DNA of 63,485 nt, counting the filler, from Lenisia limosa (Eukaryota > Protista > Breviatea): the NCBI GenBank assembly GCA_001655205.1. It is 13 parts of 13 records of this genome, joined end to end, with 100 filler letters (N's around TTAATTAATTAA, not from the genome) between each part and the next. Parts side by side here need not be neighbours in the genome. Positions count along the whole stretch, not along the records: positions 1 to 13,581 come from LPNZ01009284.1; 12 more parts are not named here. One strand, 5' to 3'. The translations under genes were made by a program, and so were the position numbers. Positions 1 to 11,890 of the stretch are shown piece after piece. Numbering within the stretch: position 1 is the first letter of the stretch; the number at the start of each line of letters is the position of its first letter. A model generated the notes under the pieces. It had not been told where the DNA came from, ran no database searches, and was given only the letters and a program-made list of their open reading frames with translations.

Positions 1-3000
1 CCAGGCTTCTTGTTTGCGTCTGTCAGTATATCTCTTTCATTTTTGAATCAAGCTCTGTTTATAATTACAGACTATGATGTGGAACACAATAACCAACAGA
101 ATCGAATCACAGGTTTTGACTGAAATGGTAAAGTGACAGGTACTTCTTCACAACGTCTATTGTTCTCATCCCACACTTGCACTATGTCTGATGCATCTTC
201 TCAGCCGGCCCCGGTTTTCTTGGGAGTCAATGGCGACATTCCAACTGTTGGCGTTCCAGGTATGTTAAGGGAGTGTTGCAATGCAGTCTGCGGTCAGAAA
301 TCAACGGTTAAAACGTAAAAACGGCGTTTTATCGGTCATGTAGGAACCACAATCAGTAAGATCCTGTTTCCTTTTCAGAGGGAGGCAGTGGAGTTTGCAG
401 CCAATCATGAAGGCCGAATGTTGCTTGCTGATGAGATGGGGCTGGGAAAGACTATACAGGTGAGAGTGCTTGATCATGTTGGAAGCGAAAGCAACGTAGC
501 TTATTGCAGTTTTGTTTTCGGCTATCTTTGACATGATTTGTTTTTATATTGTTATAATTCGTCATACCACCACCAAATAATGAGATATTTAAAAACTATC
601 CCAGTCAATGAGTTGACAATGACACCATAGGCAATTGCGATTGCCTGTCACTTCCAAAGAGATTGGCCCCTCTTGCTGGTAGTACCCAGCTCGGTTCGAA
701 TGGTTTGGGCTCAAGAATTCGAGAAATGGGTACCCGAGTTGGACCCTCGACACATCTATGTGGGTGTTGTAAGTACGTCTTGTTTTGTTCTAAAATGTAA
801 AGATTCTACCTGGTGTCAATTGAGATTTTTTTGTTTGAATTATTTATTGTTTTATCTCCAACAATTCCGAATGAACGATTTGGGCATATTTTCAGGGGTT
901 TTTTTAACATTTTCCGTTCTTAGATATTGAGGAAGCTGTTTGAGTGAATGTTGCCTTTAATTGTGCAGATTATGCGGACAACAGTGTCGCACTCTGGGGT
1001 GCCGGCTTCAGCCAAAGTGGTCATCATTAGCCAGGGGCTGTTTTCACAGGGATTGGAAGGGTAGGGGGGTTAATATTACTTTGGGCATTTGGACAGCAAG
1101 GGAGACTTTGATTGTTCAGCGTGATGAAAGTGATTTCGTCAATGAACTTCAAAATTGGCATTGTTGATGAGTCACACACAATAACATCGAACACATCTAA
1201 ACGAGCTCAGCTGCTTTTCCCTCTTCTTTCGAAGTGCCAGTATGGACATGTGGTTGTGATTTATTATATAGAAAATTAATATTCCTCACGGGAACACCTG
1301 CTCTATCAAAACCAGAAAACATGTTCCAGCAAGTGAGCTAGTGGTGTTTGGAATGTGTTGGGCAATCACATGATGCATGATCAATTACAGTCATAGCTTC
1401 ATCTTCTCTGTCCTAAAATGTTTGTTAGTCGAGATCAATTCCTCCACCGTTTTGCTCTCCGAGTTTACCGTGCAAAGTTCAACAAGGAAGAGTTGGCATT
1501 CCCTTCATTGTAACATCTAGGTTCAAACCAAATGAGAAAAGACTCAATTCTCTTCGAAATCTTTTATCATCCGTAAGTGATAGATAACATTTTACATAGC
1601 GTTGCCTGTATAGACTGTTATGCTTCGCCGACTGAAGAAGGAAACGTTCCCTTCCCTCGAAGAGAAAGTGTGTCATCTTTAGTCAAATTCATCATTTTTC
1701 AGAGACGAGAAAAGATTGAAGTCGACCTCAGCGAGGAAAGTCTTGATGACCTCCAGCCGTTTATTGGTTGGTTGAGGTCTTTCTTCAAACACTCACTTTT
1801 GCAGACAAATTAGCTAGTGTGGACCCTCGTGCAATCTTGAGGTTGGGGATCAATGTTTCTGGTTATTTCCTTTCTTGTACCGCTTTTGATATATTCCTAA
1901 CACTTCAGACAATTCCCTGGGGCTGACAAAGACCAAGTCTTCAATGCCTACGCTGTTCAATCAATGAACCTCAGAGTCAGAGCTGGTATGGACATAATAA
2001 ACTGTTTTAGCTTTTTCAATCCCCTTTTCATTTCATAGGACCTCACAAAGCAAAAGCTGCCATCCCCCACATCAAAAGAGCCGTATGTCACCCCAATTAC
2101 TCAACTGACCTTTCCAGCTCGAGAAGGAAAATAAGCTTATCGTATTTGCCCATTTCCAATGCACCCTTGACACACTCGAAGATTACTTCATTCAGGTACT
2201 GGTCCCTAGAGTATTTAGGAGTTTCTTATCCACAGGACAACATCTCATATGAGCGCATTGACGGTAAAACTTCATCAGCAGATCGGTTTGTTATTTTTGT
2301 CCATTCTGACAATTTAGTTATACCATTGTTAAGAACTTTCAAAAGGACGAAAACTTGCGAGTTGGTACTCGACTTATCATCACAAGTGTAGATAGCCTTG
2401 TGCAGTATTATGGCTGCTGGAGTTGGAATTGAGCTGCAAGTCGCAAGGAAGGCCATCTTCGTTGAAGTTTGGGGGTTTGGAGGTTTTTTCGTTCTCAAAG
2501 CTTGTTTTAATATTATTTTTCAGCTCATTACCTCACCCGGTAAATTGCTTCAAGCCGAAGACCGAATTTGGAGGTTTTTTTGGGCAACTGCATATATTTT
2601 TTGTATTTAATTAGAGGAACATGGGAATAATCATTGTAGGTTAAATCAAAAAGCACAGGTTAAAATTCAGTATATTGTTTCCAATAGCATTGGTAAGGGA
2701 GATCCATTTATTTGCGTTGTAATTAGAATGGTAGTCGCCTCAGAGGTTTTTGTTTATTTTGAAATGTCATAAGACTTGAAGTACCTCGTCATTAACCAGG
2801 TGACGACCGTATGTGGCGATTAGTTGCTGAAAAAGTCAAAACTCTTGACCGAACTATTGATGGAGATGGTGGAGCTTTGGTGGGTATAGGACACTATAAT
2901 CAGATGTTAATTTGACACTAGTACCGTTCATAAACCCTATTAGGATCTTTCGCTGTCCACCTCCCATGAAGCGCCCAAACCAGTGCCCAAGCAGCCGGGC

Positions 3001-6000
3001 ATCAAAAGTGCCTTGTCTCAGAGTGCTGTCAGTGGGAGATTTCTATATTCATTTACTGTTCCCTGCCTCTATTGCCTCTGACTATCTCCGATAAATTATA
3101 AGGACCAACCCTGCAGGTTGAGAACCCCTTTTCCAAAGATGATATACCGCACTGGTCGCTCTTTAACGACTTTGGACGAGGTCCTCCCAAAGAAAAACTG
3201 GTGTACATGATCGAATCGAAGACTTCTGAACCTCATGACTTCCTTGACCTGTTGCGCAAAATCGAACAGTCTCAAACGTCCGAACAGCAGCCTCTGATTG
3301 ACCACATTGCTGAGGTACCTCAATCAGTGTACAGCCCTTCCCCACGCCCCCTGTCCCCAATTCGTGATGATGCTGACACCTGTGCTTTATCCCAAAGTTC
3401 AACCGTTTCTTTAAATTGTCCTGTAAACCCACACAGCCCATCTGATAGCCTTCCTCTTCTCAACCCATTTTTTAACCCGAGCCTCCCTTCGAGTCACCCC
3501 TTTTCACCAGAGTTCTCCCAGGGTGACGCCGTAGTGGCTACTCAATCCTTTGGTGTCCCGCCTACACCGCCCGGCCGATCGTATTTTCCTAGTTCATACA
3601 TTGGAGCCCTCTCCCCCTCCAGTATCCCGTCTGCAGATCTCATGCTATCCAAATCCAGCCGGCCGGGGGGTCTTCTCTCGGCTCTTCGAAACCAGGTCCA
3701 TTCCGAGTCAAGCCCAGTTTCCGAATCCCTTAATCCGTCTCAAGTTATCAACTTGGATAGTCTTTCCGACGAATCATCCGATCCAAACAAAGTGAAAATA
3801 TTGCCAGCCTACAACTTTGCCCAAAATAATGGCAACTCCTCCAGCAACACTCCACCAATCCCGTCCCCCCCGAGTACTCCCATCGTCATCCAAGATGAAA
3901 ACCCTATCAACCTCCCTTCGCCAAGCCCGACACCAACCCTTCCGGGTTCTAAGGATCCGAGCCAGATACCTGTCCCGCCCCTTGAAGTGTCAGAAATACA
4001 GTTTCTTGACAACTTGGATGCAGATAAGAACCTGACGGAAGTGGACCAGTTGGCCCAAGGTACACAATAATCATGGCTAATATAGGGCTTACTTTTTTAG
4101 TCATGAAACATAGTTATGACAATGAAAAGAAGCAGGCATCTGGTGTTGACGAAGGTAATTCGAACACTGCACTTCTTTTCACTATCCAGTTTTGACTCTG
4201 GAGCCTCTTTTGATACGACATAGCGCGTACAGCGACAGAATTGCCCTTTTCTCCCCAGACAGGGAGTACCTCGGTGCTGGCTGCAGCGTTCGTATGTGGG
4301 GCTTTTTCGAGACTACTCTGCTATCTGGACTCACAGGCAGATGATGTCAATAATTGGCCGCCACCTGAGTTCCCTGAGCACCTAGCCAAATGCCCAAAAG
4401 TCTTCGCATCAATAAAAGTTGGTATTCACATTTCACAGCCTTACCATTAGCACTTCTGTTTGACCTGGAAAACTCTATCGGGTTTCGACAAAGCAAGAAT
4501 GAAGGAACTGTTTGATATTCAATAGTTATCTTGGCACTGACTCTTTAGGCTGTTATCTCTTCCACTTCGCCCATTGAAAGGTTAGAAAAAACTAAAACCA
4601 CCAACCTTACTCTTCAGAACAAGACCTCTCCGGAACAACGAAGCGCTACGACATGGAGGCAATAACTCTGTAAGCCTCGGCTCCTGATGACATCCCAGGG
4701 TACCCGAAGATATGGCAAATATCACGTATGAAGTGCTTCAGTACCCCAGCTGCTTTAATGCAACAGCCAAGAAATACAAACAGGTTGTATCTCTGGCTAA
4801 CGATCACATCCCATCTACCCTTATTGTCGTACACCTGCTGACAGTTGATTCAGTACTTCCGCGACCGCGTTCCTTTGTGCCTCTCCTGTCTACGTCCCTC
4901 CGGTCCGGCCCTCCTCAAAAGCCAGTTCATATCCCCAGTATGACCTTCCTATTTCAATCCAAATCATTTTTAAGCAATCCAAAGACGTAACCAAATATTC
5001 GTTTTCAGCCATGATGGTCAATGCTATCAAAGTTTGCTGAGAAGTGATATTGTTGTAATCAACTGATTTATTTTAACGTCAAATAGGATGAGGTAATCGA
5101 TGATGGGGACAACAAAGACGAAGTTATTGATGATGACGATGGTTAGTGATTATTGCCATTTAACCTGTACAGAAAAGGATAACCCGGCGCCGCAGTGTGG
5201 ATTTTCTTCCAAGTCCGCAATTGACAACCAAAGCTTGTAAGTTTCACTCACGAATTTACGAAGCTAGAGATTTAACCGTCCAACCTGGTACTGCCTACCC
5301 TTTTTGCTCTGATTATTGTCTACAAAAATTCTCAAATCTCTCAAGGTATTGCTGGAACACATATTTTTTTCCTAATTGAAGATTTAATTTTTAGTTCTTC
5401 CAAAATACGAAGGGCTGTGAGCTCTAGAGATAAAGGAGTCTGTCAACTCTGCAAAGTATGGAATTGCTTTTTATCACATTATATCTTCAAGCTTGTTAAA
5501 TATTTGATATGTCATAAGATAACTCTAAACACACCCCTTTTTATAGAGTAGGTCGACTGTAACAAACTGTTTACTGAGATTTGCAACGAAAAGGACCCCT
5601 TAAAAAGGGTAAGTTTGCCTTTCATTCTTGTCTTTTTTTCAAAGAGGTTATCATTATATCATCATATGATATAATATATGTATATATCATATAGTATATG
5701 ATATACATACATTTTTTGAGTTTTTTTGTTTGGTGCTAAATGGTTTAGATTATCATTCTCAAGAAGACCAAGTCTTTCAAAAACCTGAAGTCTTATGCTC
5801 GATTTGTAAGGATTCGCATTGCCGGCTTTGGTTCATTTTCAGGTTCGAGGCGAGGTCAAACTAGGCGCCTTCTGGCAAGCTGACCATATCAGACCGGTTG
5901 TTGAAGGTGGAGGTGCGTGAATAGGGCTTCACTTCGGATTGTGATTATTCCCAGATGCAAGATCTGAATTTCTCGATAAATCCTCGACAAATATCGATAT

Positions 6001-7002
6001 TTTACCAGTCTTTTTCGATCATATGTCGACTCTTAAGAAAAAGTGACCCTTTAGGACAATGTGGTTTGAGTAATCTTCGAACTCTGTGTACCCCATGTCA
6101 TAAAAAAGAGACCGATACCCTTCTGAAGGTTAACGGCTATAGTCAAGCTTCTATGACACTATATTACCGATTTTTTTGTTATCACTTCTCACTTCAGAGA
6201 ATGAGCAAAAGACGAAAGGCCAATGGAGAAACCAGCATCAAGTCGTTCATGAGAAAATAGTTGGTTCATTTCTTTCCTCATGGCCTTGTAGCAAGCCGTT
6301 ACAGCGAGTGAGAGCACCACAATCTCAATTTGGCGACTCAGATAGTGACGTCCAAGGTGGGTCTTCATCACAGCTTTTTCAATATGGGTGTAATTCCTCT
6401 TCTGCCACGACCTTTAGAATGATTTCTCACAAACAAAGGTGTTCATGCGTCTGTTGAGATGATGAGAAAGCGCCAAGCTGTTGGTTCTGAGGAGCTATGG
6501 TGTAACCTTTCAGGGTCCCATCATGCGCCAATTGACACCTTCTCAGCCCCTGCCTCCAGCTTCACAGATTTGGTTTGTGGTTTTTTTTTGCCATCAGATG
6601 CTTAGAATCGTTTGGCTTTAGCCTCTGAAGCCAATAAAGCTGATAGTCAGGGTTTTTTTTTATTATAATTTTACCTCGCCAGTCTTCCATCCCCAGACCA
6701 AGAAGTATCGTCCCCACCTCTCGCTCCATCTCGACCCCCTCCCTCTGTGTTATCGCAGGCAACAAACAATGTTTGCCGGGTGTTGGGTCTTCTGGATGTT
6801 CCTAGTCTTATGCTCCAGCCAACAGTCAGAGCTCCAGTGCTTCTGTCACAACGTCAGCCTGCCAAGAAGGCCAAACCAAGGAAGAAAAAGGCCGACAAAG
6901 TCCCACAACCGGTACAAGGGTCACTCTTATTACATTATGCAATTATCTAACACCTTGTAGGTTGTAAAAGGCCCATCCTTCAAAAGACAGTTTTTTCAGT
7001 GA
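1..7002 (+). CDS. ZRANB3: SNF2-family annealing helicase with C-terminal HNH endonuclease (ZRANB3-like); multi-exon, probably 5'-truncated
   Basis: Spliced exons read LLAFQ|REAVEFAANHEGRMLLADEMGLGKTIQ (motif I, ~380-459), AIAIACHFQRDWPLLLVVPSS, IVDESH (~1160), LTGTPALSKP, and the helicase C-lobe ALCSIMAAGVGIEL...LLQAEDRIW (~2395-2570). HNH region: DKGVCQLCK (~5430), WQADHIRPVVEGG|GQCGLSNLRTLCTPCHKKET (5870-6115). The 3' end is uncertain: a stop at 6260, or extension through a 32-nt intron to a stop at 7002. Confidence 0.9.
5922..6054. mobile_element. MITE family A, diverged copy filling most of a ZRANB3 intron
   Basis: TAGGGCTTCACTTCGG start and the TCGA-rich core CTGAATTTCTCGATAAATCCTCGA...ATCGATATTTTACCAGTCTTTTTCGA; ends AAGTGACCCTTTAG. 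Confidence 0.75.
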
Positions 7003-7102
7003 TCCAATAAGTACTGCATGAGTATAAGTAGTGTTTTTGTATGCATTTGAGTTGAAATGAATGCTTTCCTGTTTCCTCCACTCGAAATTTCATGAACCAT
7101 CA

Positions 7103-8433
7103 TCACTGACTAAAGTCACTGTCACTGTCAATAATCGCACTCCTTTCAGCAAGAAAGTCAAGAACAAGAGCAGCAGCAAGGGGATCCGTGACCGAGTCAA
7201 TATTGACACCATATTCCTATGAGGTGAAAAAAGAGAGAGGACAGCGTGCTTCAATTGTAAATTAGGCTTACTTCAGGCACGTCACGCAAGAAAAAAAAAA
7301 GAAGGTTCGCATTGACACTGGCGCTTTGAATAATGCGATCTGCAGGGGTTTGTCCCTAGTGTATGAGTAGGTAATTCAGTGGATCACAGCATATTTTCAA
7401 AAAACAATGACAAACGGTGTCTTTATGCGACAAAAGACACTTCGCTCCGTGGTCCACCAGCAGTTTACAGACTTCAAATGATCCGTACTCAGCAGCATAG
7501 TGAAGCGCTGTTTCACCCTAAAAGGATAAAATCGTGGTAATACTCCTATTTTATACCCAAATTCGCCAATACTACTAAATTCCCATAACGCCTACATAAC
7601 AATTGCTGTCATTGATATCCAGGTTTTCGTTTTCCAGAAGGTACTTCGTTGTTTCGAAGTTACCACATGCAGCAAAAGCCAGTGGCTTGTCTCCCTAAGA
7701 CGTCACGTCATTACTGAAACCTACCACGACCGTTCTTTCCTCCAGTCGAGCCCCCAACCCCAAGAGGTATTTCACAACCTCCAAGTGCCCACCACTACAG
7801 GCCAAATGCAGAGGGCTGTGCTCCTATATGGTTACCTTCAATAAATAATTGAAGAAAGAGTCACGGTTGTCTAAACGCTAAATGAACAATTCCCCATAAT
7901 ATCATATCATATCATGTAATAGTTTTCACTAAATATCTTACCAATAGATTGCTTCTGAAAACATCTGCGCCAGCTTCAACTAAAAGTTTGACACACTCAA
8001 AGTGGCCTTTGTTACATGCACAGTGGAGAGGAGTTTGACACTAGTTGTAAGAAAGAGCCAAAGAAGTATCACACATAGTCATCAGGATGCTCAATATCTT
8101 GTGACTTGCGAAGTAGCAGTCTGAGAATCTCAACTTGATTGTTCAGACATGCAAAGTGGAGACTGTTTTGGTCCTAGATCGATAAATCAAAACCCTTAGA
8201 GCCTGTCAACATCACATCAACTCCAATTCTCACTTTAAAATTTACTTTGTCCACACTGTGCCCTTCATCAATGAGCCTAATCACCAAATCAAGGTTACCA
8301 ATAGAACATGCCCGAGAGAGAGGCAAACTCTGAATGTGTTATGATTTTGAGAATATGACGCAGAATACAAAGCACATTTATTTCATCTGGAAATAAAAAG
8401 GCTCCTTACGTCATCAACATCCGGATGCTCCAT
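7103..8433 (-). CDS. Ankyrin-repeat protein (about 6 repeats, roughly one repeat per exon)
   Basis: Minus-strand exons: MEHPDVDD|SLPLSRACSIGNLDLVIRLIDEGHSVDK|DQNSLHFACLNNQVEILRLLL|CQTPLHCACNKGHFECVKLLVEAGADV|EHSPLHLACSGGHLEVVKYLLGLGA|GDKPLAFAACGNFETTKYLLE|GETALHYAAEYGSFEVCKLLVDHGA. The last exon ends DSDSDFSQ-TGA. Confidence 0.88.
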
Positions 8434-8739
8434 CGTCGAAAGGCAGAATTTTATTGTCACTTGCTTTTTGTGGAAGATAGCAAAGTGGATATTTCCCAGC
8501 TTCCTTCTCCAAGTCCACAACAAGTTCTTCTTCTTGCCTTTGGAGGTTATTAGAGAGAACTTTGAACCTTTGAATTGCCTTTGAATTTTGAACTTTGAAC
8601 TTTAATGCATCAATAATCTGGGGGTGTATACAACCCAGGAAACAGAAGTCTCCGATTTGCTGTAAGGGCATATAGGATTAAGGGGAGTCCCAAAGAAACC
8701 ACACACAAACCTTCCTTGGGGTTATATAAAACTACTATA

Positions 8740-10330
8740 TAAAGAAAAAAAAACAAGACGCATCATTTCATGGGCTTTGCGCTGACTCCGTGCTGCTTTT
8801 TCTTTCCTCCTCCCTCTTCCGTCATCTTCGTCTTTATACTCTCTCTTCTCCTCCTGCCTTCTTTTCCATACTTCTTCATTCTGTCTTTTCCTCCTCCACT
8901 TTGCATACATCTTTCTTGCTTCCTTTCTTTTCTCCTTATCTTTAAACCATCCTTTAGTCCTTATTCTTCGCTCTTCTTCTCCTCTCCACTTCACAACCTC
9001 GTCAATTCTTCTTCTTGCCATATCATAATCATTCACTTCTCTTCCAATTCTCGTCAATATTCTTTCTTCCATCCATCTTCTTTCTTCTTCCATTTCCTTG
9101 CATTCTTCCAGTATGTGAGTAGTACCTCTTACCCTACTACTCCACATTCCATTCATCTTCTTTTATCTTCTGCGTTCTTCCTTTTTCCTTCTTCATTTTA
9201 TCTCAACTCCCTCTCTTTTCGTTCTTCATCTTCTTCCTTCCTTTCTTCTCTTTCTCCAAATAGTTGCGGTTACTCATCTTTCTCTTCCTCTTCTTTTCCT
9301 TCACATATCCATACCACTTCTCTCAGCGACTTCTTCTCAACTGCAGCCTTCTTCCATCTTCTTCTCATTTCTTTCTTCATCAACTTCCTCATTGCTTCTT
9401 CACCTTTCATTCCCATGCCTGCCAATATGCGGTCTCCTGTCCCGTCCAGCACGCTTCGTTCCTCTCTTACTTCTCCTCCAATCTTCTTCTCCTCTCTTCT
9501 TGTCCATCTTTCTCCTTCACTGTGTACTGCATTTCCAATTCTCATCTTCAGGTCCTTCGCCATCTTCCTTAACTTCTTTCCCCTGGCGTCTTCTACCTCG
9601 TTCATTACTTTTCCTTCTCCTTCCCTTCTTATCTTCATTTCGCGTTCATGTCTCCCATGACAATTACTTCGTACTTCTTTCTTTTCCATTTTTTTGCTTC
9701 TTCCTTTACCTCATCCCGAATTGGTCTACTACTTCTGCCTTTCCTGTTGCAGGGCCATATACCCCTACAAATACCATCTTGCAACTTTCCTTCTTATGGT
9801 CTTAACCCTTCTTCTAAATTCTTCACTTCTGTCTTTTCCTTCTTCTTCATCGAAATTCATCTTCTTCCTCATCATCCATCCAACTCCTCTTGTCTTATCT
9901 TCATCTCCTGGGATCCACTTCCACTTCACCCTTTCTTCACCATGTCTTCTTGCATCTTCGTTTCCTGCATCTTCGTCTCTGCTATGAACACTGCATCCCA
10001 TTTATCTTCTTTCCTCCATTACTTCTCTTCTTGATGTGCACCAGCCTCTCACATTCACGCACGCCACCTCATATTTACCTTTTTCTTCTTCTATTCCTCT
10101 GCTTCTTCCTCCTCCTCCTTCCTCTTCCTTTCTTCTCCTTTCTCTCTCCTAATTCTCCTCATTCTCTTCTCTTCGGTTCCTCCTTCTCTTACCTTCTGGG
10201 GTTCTTTTCTCCTATGATGACGATGACGGCGTTGTCGTCGCTGTCTCGTTGGTCTTTTTTCCCATCGTGAGGTTGAGTCGGGTGGTCGTCCTTGTCGCCA
10301 CCATTCCGAAAAAACTGAGTCTCTATGAAA
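8740..10330 (-). mobile_element. Degenerate non-LTR retrotransposon (LINE) derivative: AP-endonuclease domain plus C-terminal CCHC knuckle, RT domain absent
   Basis: Minus strand, across frameshifts and stops: VACVNVRG, WDAVFIAETK, RGVGWMMRKK, VFVGVYGP, EVIVMGDMNAK and SVLD (the ordered APE motifs). These are followed by (C)MECG...GTTHILEEC at ~9100-9160. The tract is strongly purine-rich and intronless. Confidence 0.8.
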
Positions 10331-10564
10331 GGCCTTAAGAGTTAAAGCGCGCGTTATTTGTTTCTTGTAATAGAGTAGAGNNNNNNNNNNNNNNNNNNNN
10401 NNNNNNNNNNNNNNNNNNNNNNNNNNNNNNNNNNNNNNNNNNNNNNNNNNNNNNNNNNNNNNNNNNCTATTGGAGCAGGCAATCAGTCAATGTCTAAATC
10501 CGTTACGTTTTAACCTTTTTTTTTCTCTGTCTCAACACACTATCTAGTCACATTATCAAATATT

Positions 10565-11890
10565 ATGTTGTCATCAGCTAAAACAAGCATTTTAACACGG
10601 CCTAAGAAGAGCTCCTCGCGAATTAACGATGAAAGCATGGAACGGTTTGTTATTTGTAACTGATGTGGCCTCTTTGCCTTTTTCCACATGTAGAAATGAG
10701 AAAATGCCTCACATTATAGGGAGTATCAATTGCAACAAGAAAAGCAAATGAAGAAGGCCCAAATGCAGCAAGAAATCCATGGACGGTTGGTGTGGCTGCG
10801 CCCTTTTGCTTTGGATATTATTTTCATTGAATTGACTACCGCAGATACAATGAAGCCGCGTACGACCCTCAAGCAAGAAAGTGGGGATCCATTGAGCTTC
10901 AATTCATGGGTTTTGGAGAAAGCCTGGTGACTTTGACAGGAAGCGGCTTGCACAGGAGGAGGAGTCGGACAGACAGATGAGGGCGACCATCCAGGATATC
11001 GAGCGGAAGTCCATGGCTGAGGAAAACTTCCACTACTCTAAATATGTGGGTGCTCTCAATTGGGATGGAAGGGTAGATTTTCTCACAATATGAAGCTTTG
11101 CATTGATTGTGTGCAGGGCTTCACTTCAGTTCGAAAAAAACTTGTGAAGTATCGATAGTTTTCGAGGATTTATCGAGAAATTCAATCTTTTTTTTCGAAC
11201 CAAAGTGAAGCCGTAATTGTGTGGGAGGAAGGGAATCTTCAAGTAGAACTATCAGTACACAGCCAGATACAACCTCATTTTTTTTTGTTTCTCATTGCTT
11301 TATTTCTAAACAAGATATTGGAAGTCATTTCCTTCCTTACTTCAGTGGTCTTTTTCACTTACCTTGGTAGGTTGATGTCGATGACTCAAGTGAAGTATCA
11401 CAGGAGGAGCAACGAAGACACTACCAGCGCAGTGTCATGGACGATAACAAGAGGGTATTGAGGGCGTTCTGGGTAAACGGTTTGTCGGCACAGATTGGAT
11501 TATCTTTTTTTTTGTCGCCGCATTAATTAAGGTATCAAAAGGTAGGAAATTGGTAATTACTATTGCACTGTGTGATAGTTAGATCTTCACTTCGGTTCGA
11601 AAAAGTCTGGTTTATCAATATTTATCGAAGATTTACCGAGAAATTCTGTCTTTTTTTTGAACCGAAGTGAAGCCCTAGTGATAGCATAGAATAAAATTTA
11701 ATTGGAGGGGAACACTTTTGTTTTCATTTGATGGGCACTCCAAGAATAAATGGCGGCTGTTCAGACCCTTATTGTCTTGCAGTTGATGGAAGAAAGAAGA
11801 ATGAGAGCGGCAGCGGAGAGGGAGTCCGAAATCAAGTTGGGGGTGGTATCAAGGGGGTTTGGAAATATAACTTTGGCAACAGCTCTGTAA
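10565..11890 (+). CDS. Hypothetical ~200-aa charged coiled-coil protein (about 6 exons)
   Basis: In-frame GT-AG assembly: MLSSAK...MER|EYQLQQEKQMKKAQMQQEIHGR|YNEAAYDPQARK|KRLAQEEESDRQMRATIQDIERK...|VDVDDSSEVSQEEQRRHYQRSVMDDNKR|LMEERRMRAAAERE...TAA. Confidence 0.65.
11114..11215. mobile_element. MITE family A (hAT-like), full copy with a perfect 8-bp TSD
   Basis: TIRs CAGGGCTTCACTTCAGTTCGAAAA / TTTTCGAACCAAAGTGAAGCCGTA. ATTGTGTG is duplicated at 11106-11113 and 11216-11223. Confidence 0.9.
11580..11677. mobile_element. MITE family A, full copy
   Basis: Same TIRs; flanks GTGATAGT / GTGATAGC (7/8 TSD match). Confidence 0.88.

Noticed and set aside
8770-9660. 296-aa F/S/L-rich plus-strand ORF resembling a multi-pass membrane protein
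   Set aside because: It is the antisense shadow of the purine-rich LINE remnant. Pyrimidine-rich DNA lacks stops, and the recognisable motifs are on the minus strand.
11114-11677. Recurrent palindromic repeats as a CRISPR array or bacterial REP elements
   Set aside because: The copies are dispersed, irregularly spaced, intronic and carry TSDs, and the context is eukaryotic. No cas genes are present.
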